The notes under the pieces: generated by a model
Told to the model about the DNA's origin: nothing
What the model saw: only the letters and a program-made list of their open reading frames with translations
The model's database searches: none
Position numbers and translations under genes: made by a program
Source: the human T2T-CHM13v2.0 reference genome, Homo sapiens
Assembly (NCBI RefSeq): GCF_009914755.1
Contig: NC_060928.1
DNA length: 64,000 bases
Strand: one strand, 5' to 3'
Part shown: positions 63,368 through 64,000 of the stretch, piece after piece
Numbering within the stretch: the stretch's first letter is position 1
Layout: the number at the start of each line of letters is the position of its first letter

Positions 63368-63935
63368 CAGGGACAGCAAAACTAGGGCCAAAGGCTGAAT
63401 CCTGCCCATGCCTGATTTTGTATATGTAGTTTTATTAGAAAAGAGTTATGTTCATTCATTTCTTTTTTATTTATGGTGGCTTTTGTGCTATACTGGTAGA
63501 GTTAAGAACAGCTTGAGTTTCCCTTATCTGAAACACTTGGGACCAGAAGTGTTTTAGATTTCAGATTTTTTTTTCAGATTTTGGAATATTTTCATAGATT
63601 GAGATATCTTGGGGATGATAGCCAAGTCTAAACACAAAATTAATTTGTTTCATATAGAATATATATAATGTATATATATATATATATATATAGCCTGAAG
63701 GTAATTTTATATAATATTTTAAATAATTTTGTGCCTGACATAAAGTTTGGACTGTGTTTGAATGTGACCTGTCACATGAGGTCAGGTGTGGAATTTTCCA
63801 CTTGTCTTGTCACGTTGGTCTTTAAAAAGTTTCAGAGTTTGGAGTATTTGGGGCTTGGGATTTGCAGATTAGAGGTGCTCAACCTAAAATATTTACTATC
63901 TGGCCCTTTACCAAAAAAGTTTACCCATGCTTACC
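63368..63935. mobile_element. MER58A-like element with a nested Tigger4 (Zombi)-like MITE at about 63509-63885
   Basis: MER58 halves cagggacagcaaacta... and aaaatatttactatctggccctttaccaaaaaagtt. Inner TIRs cagcttgagtttccctta and tagaggtgctcaacct. Confidence 0.7.
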
Positions 63936-64000
63936 CTAAAGGGTTACAACAATTGATGAATTCATTTAATTAGACTTGATAGCATAGGATATTCATTGTC

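Overview
This is primate genomic DNA, most likely human (chr4q31), not prokaryotic. It contains the convergent 3' ends of two genes. DCLK2 (+ strand) contributes a C/A-rich VNTR intron, candidate alternative C-terminal exons, the terminal coding exon at 6023-6250 and a 3' UTR ending near 7430. LRBA (- strand) contributes its last six coding exons (WD40 region, 60214 down to the stop at 15718) and a 3' UTR ending near 14450-14660. All six LRBA exons have GT-AG boundaries and join in frame. The rest is intronic or intergenic and rich in Alu, L1, MIR/L2 and Tigger/hAT fossils. The most notable signals are: a 13-nt frameshifting DCLK2 microexon (4429-4441, giving ...VQGHEHGSR*); an exact 13-bp tandem duplication that creates two alternative DCLK2 acceptors (FDLTV* versus a 106-aa open tail); a tailless 35-nt U2 snRNA retrocopy with 16-bp TSDs; a twin-primed inverted L1PA2; and a tail-less Alu fragment patching an L1 deletion. 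I found no CRISPR array or other novel multi-gene system. Gene and repeat-family names come from my recognition of the sequence, not from database searches.
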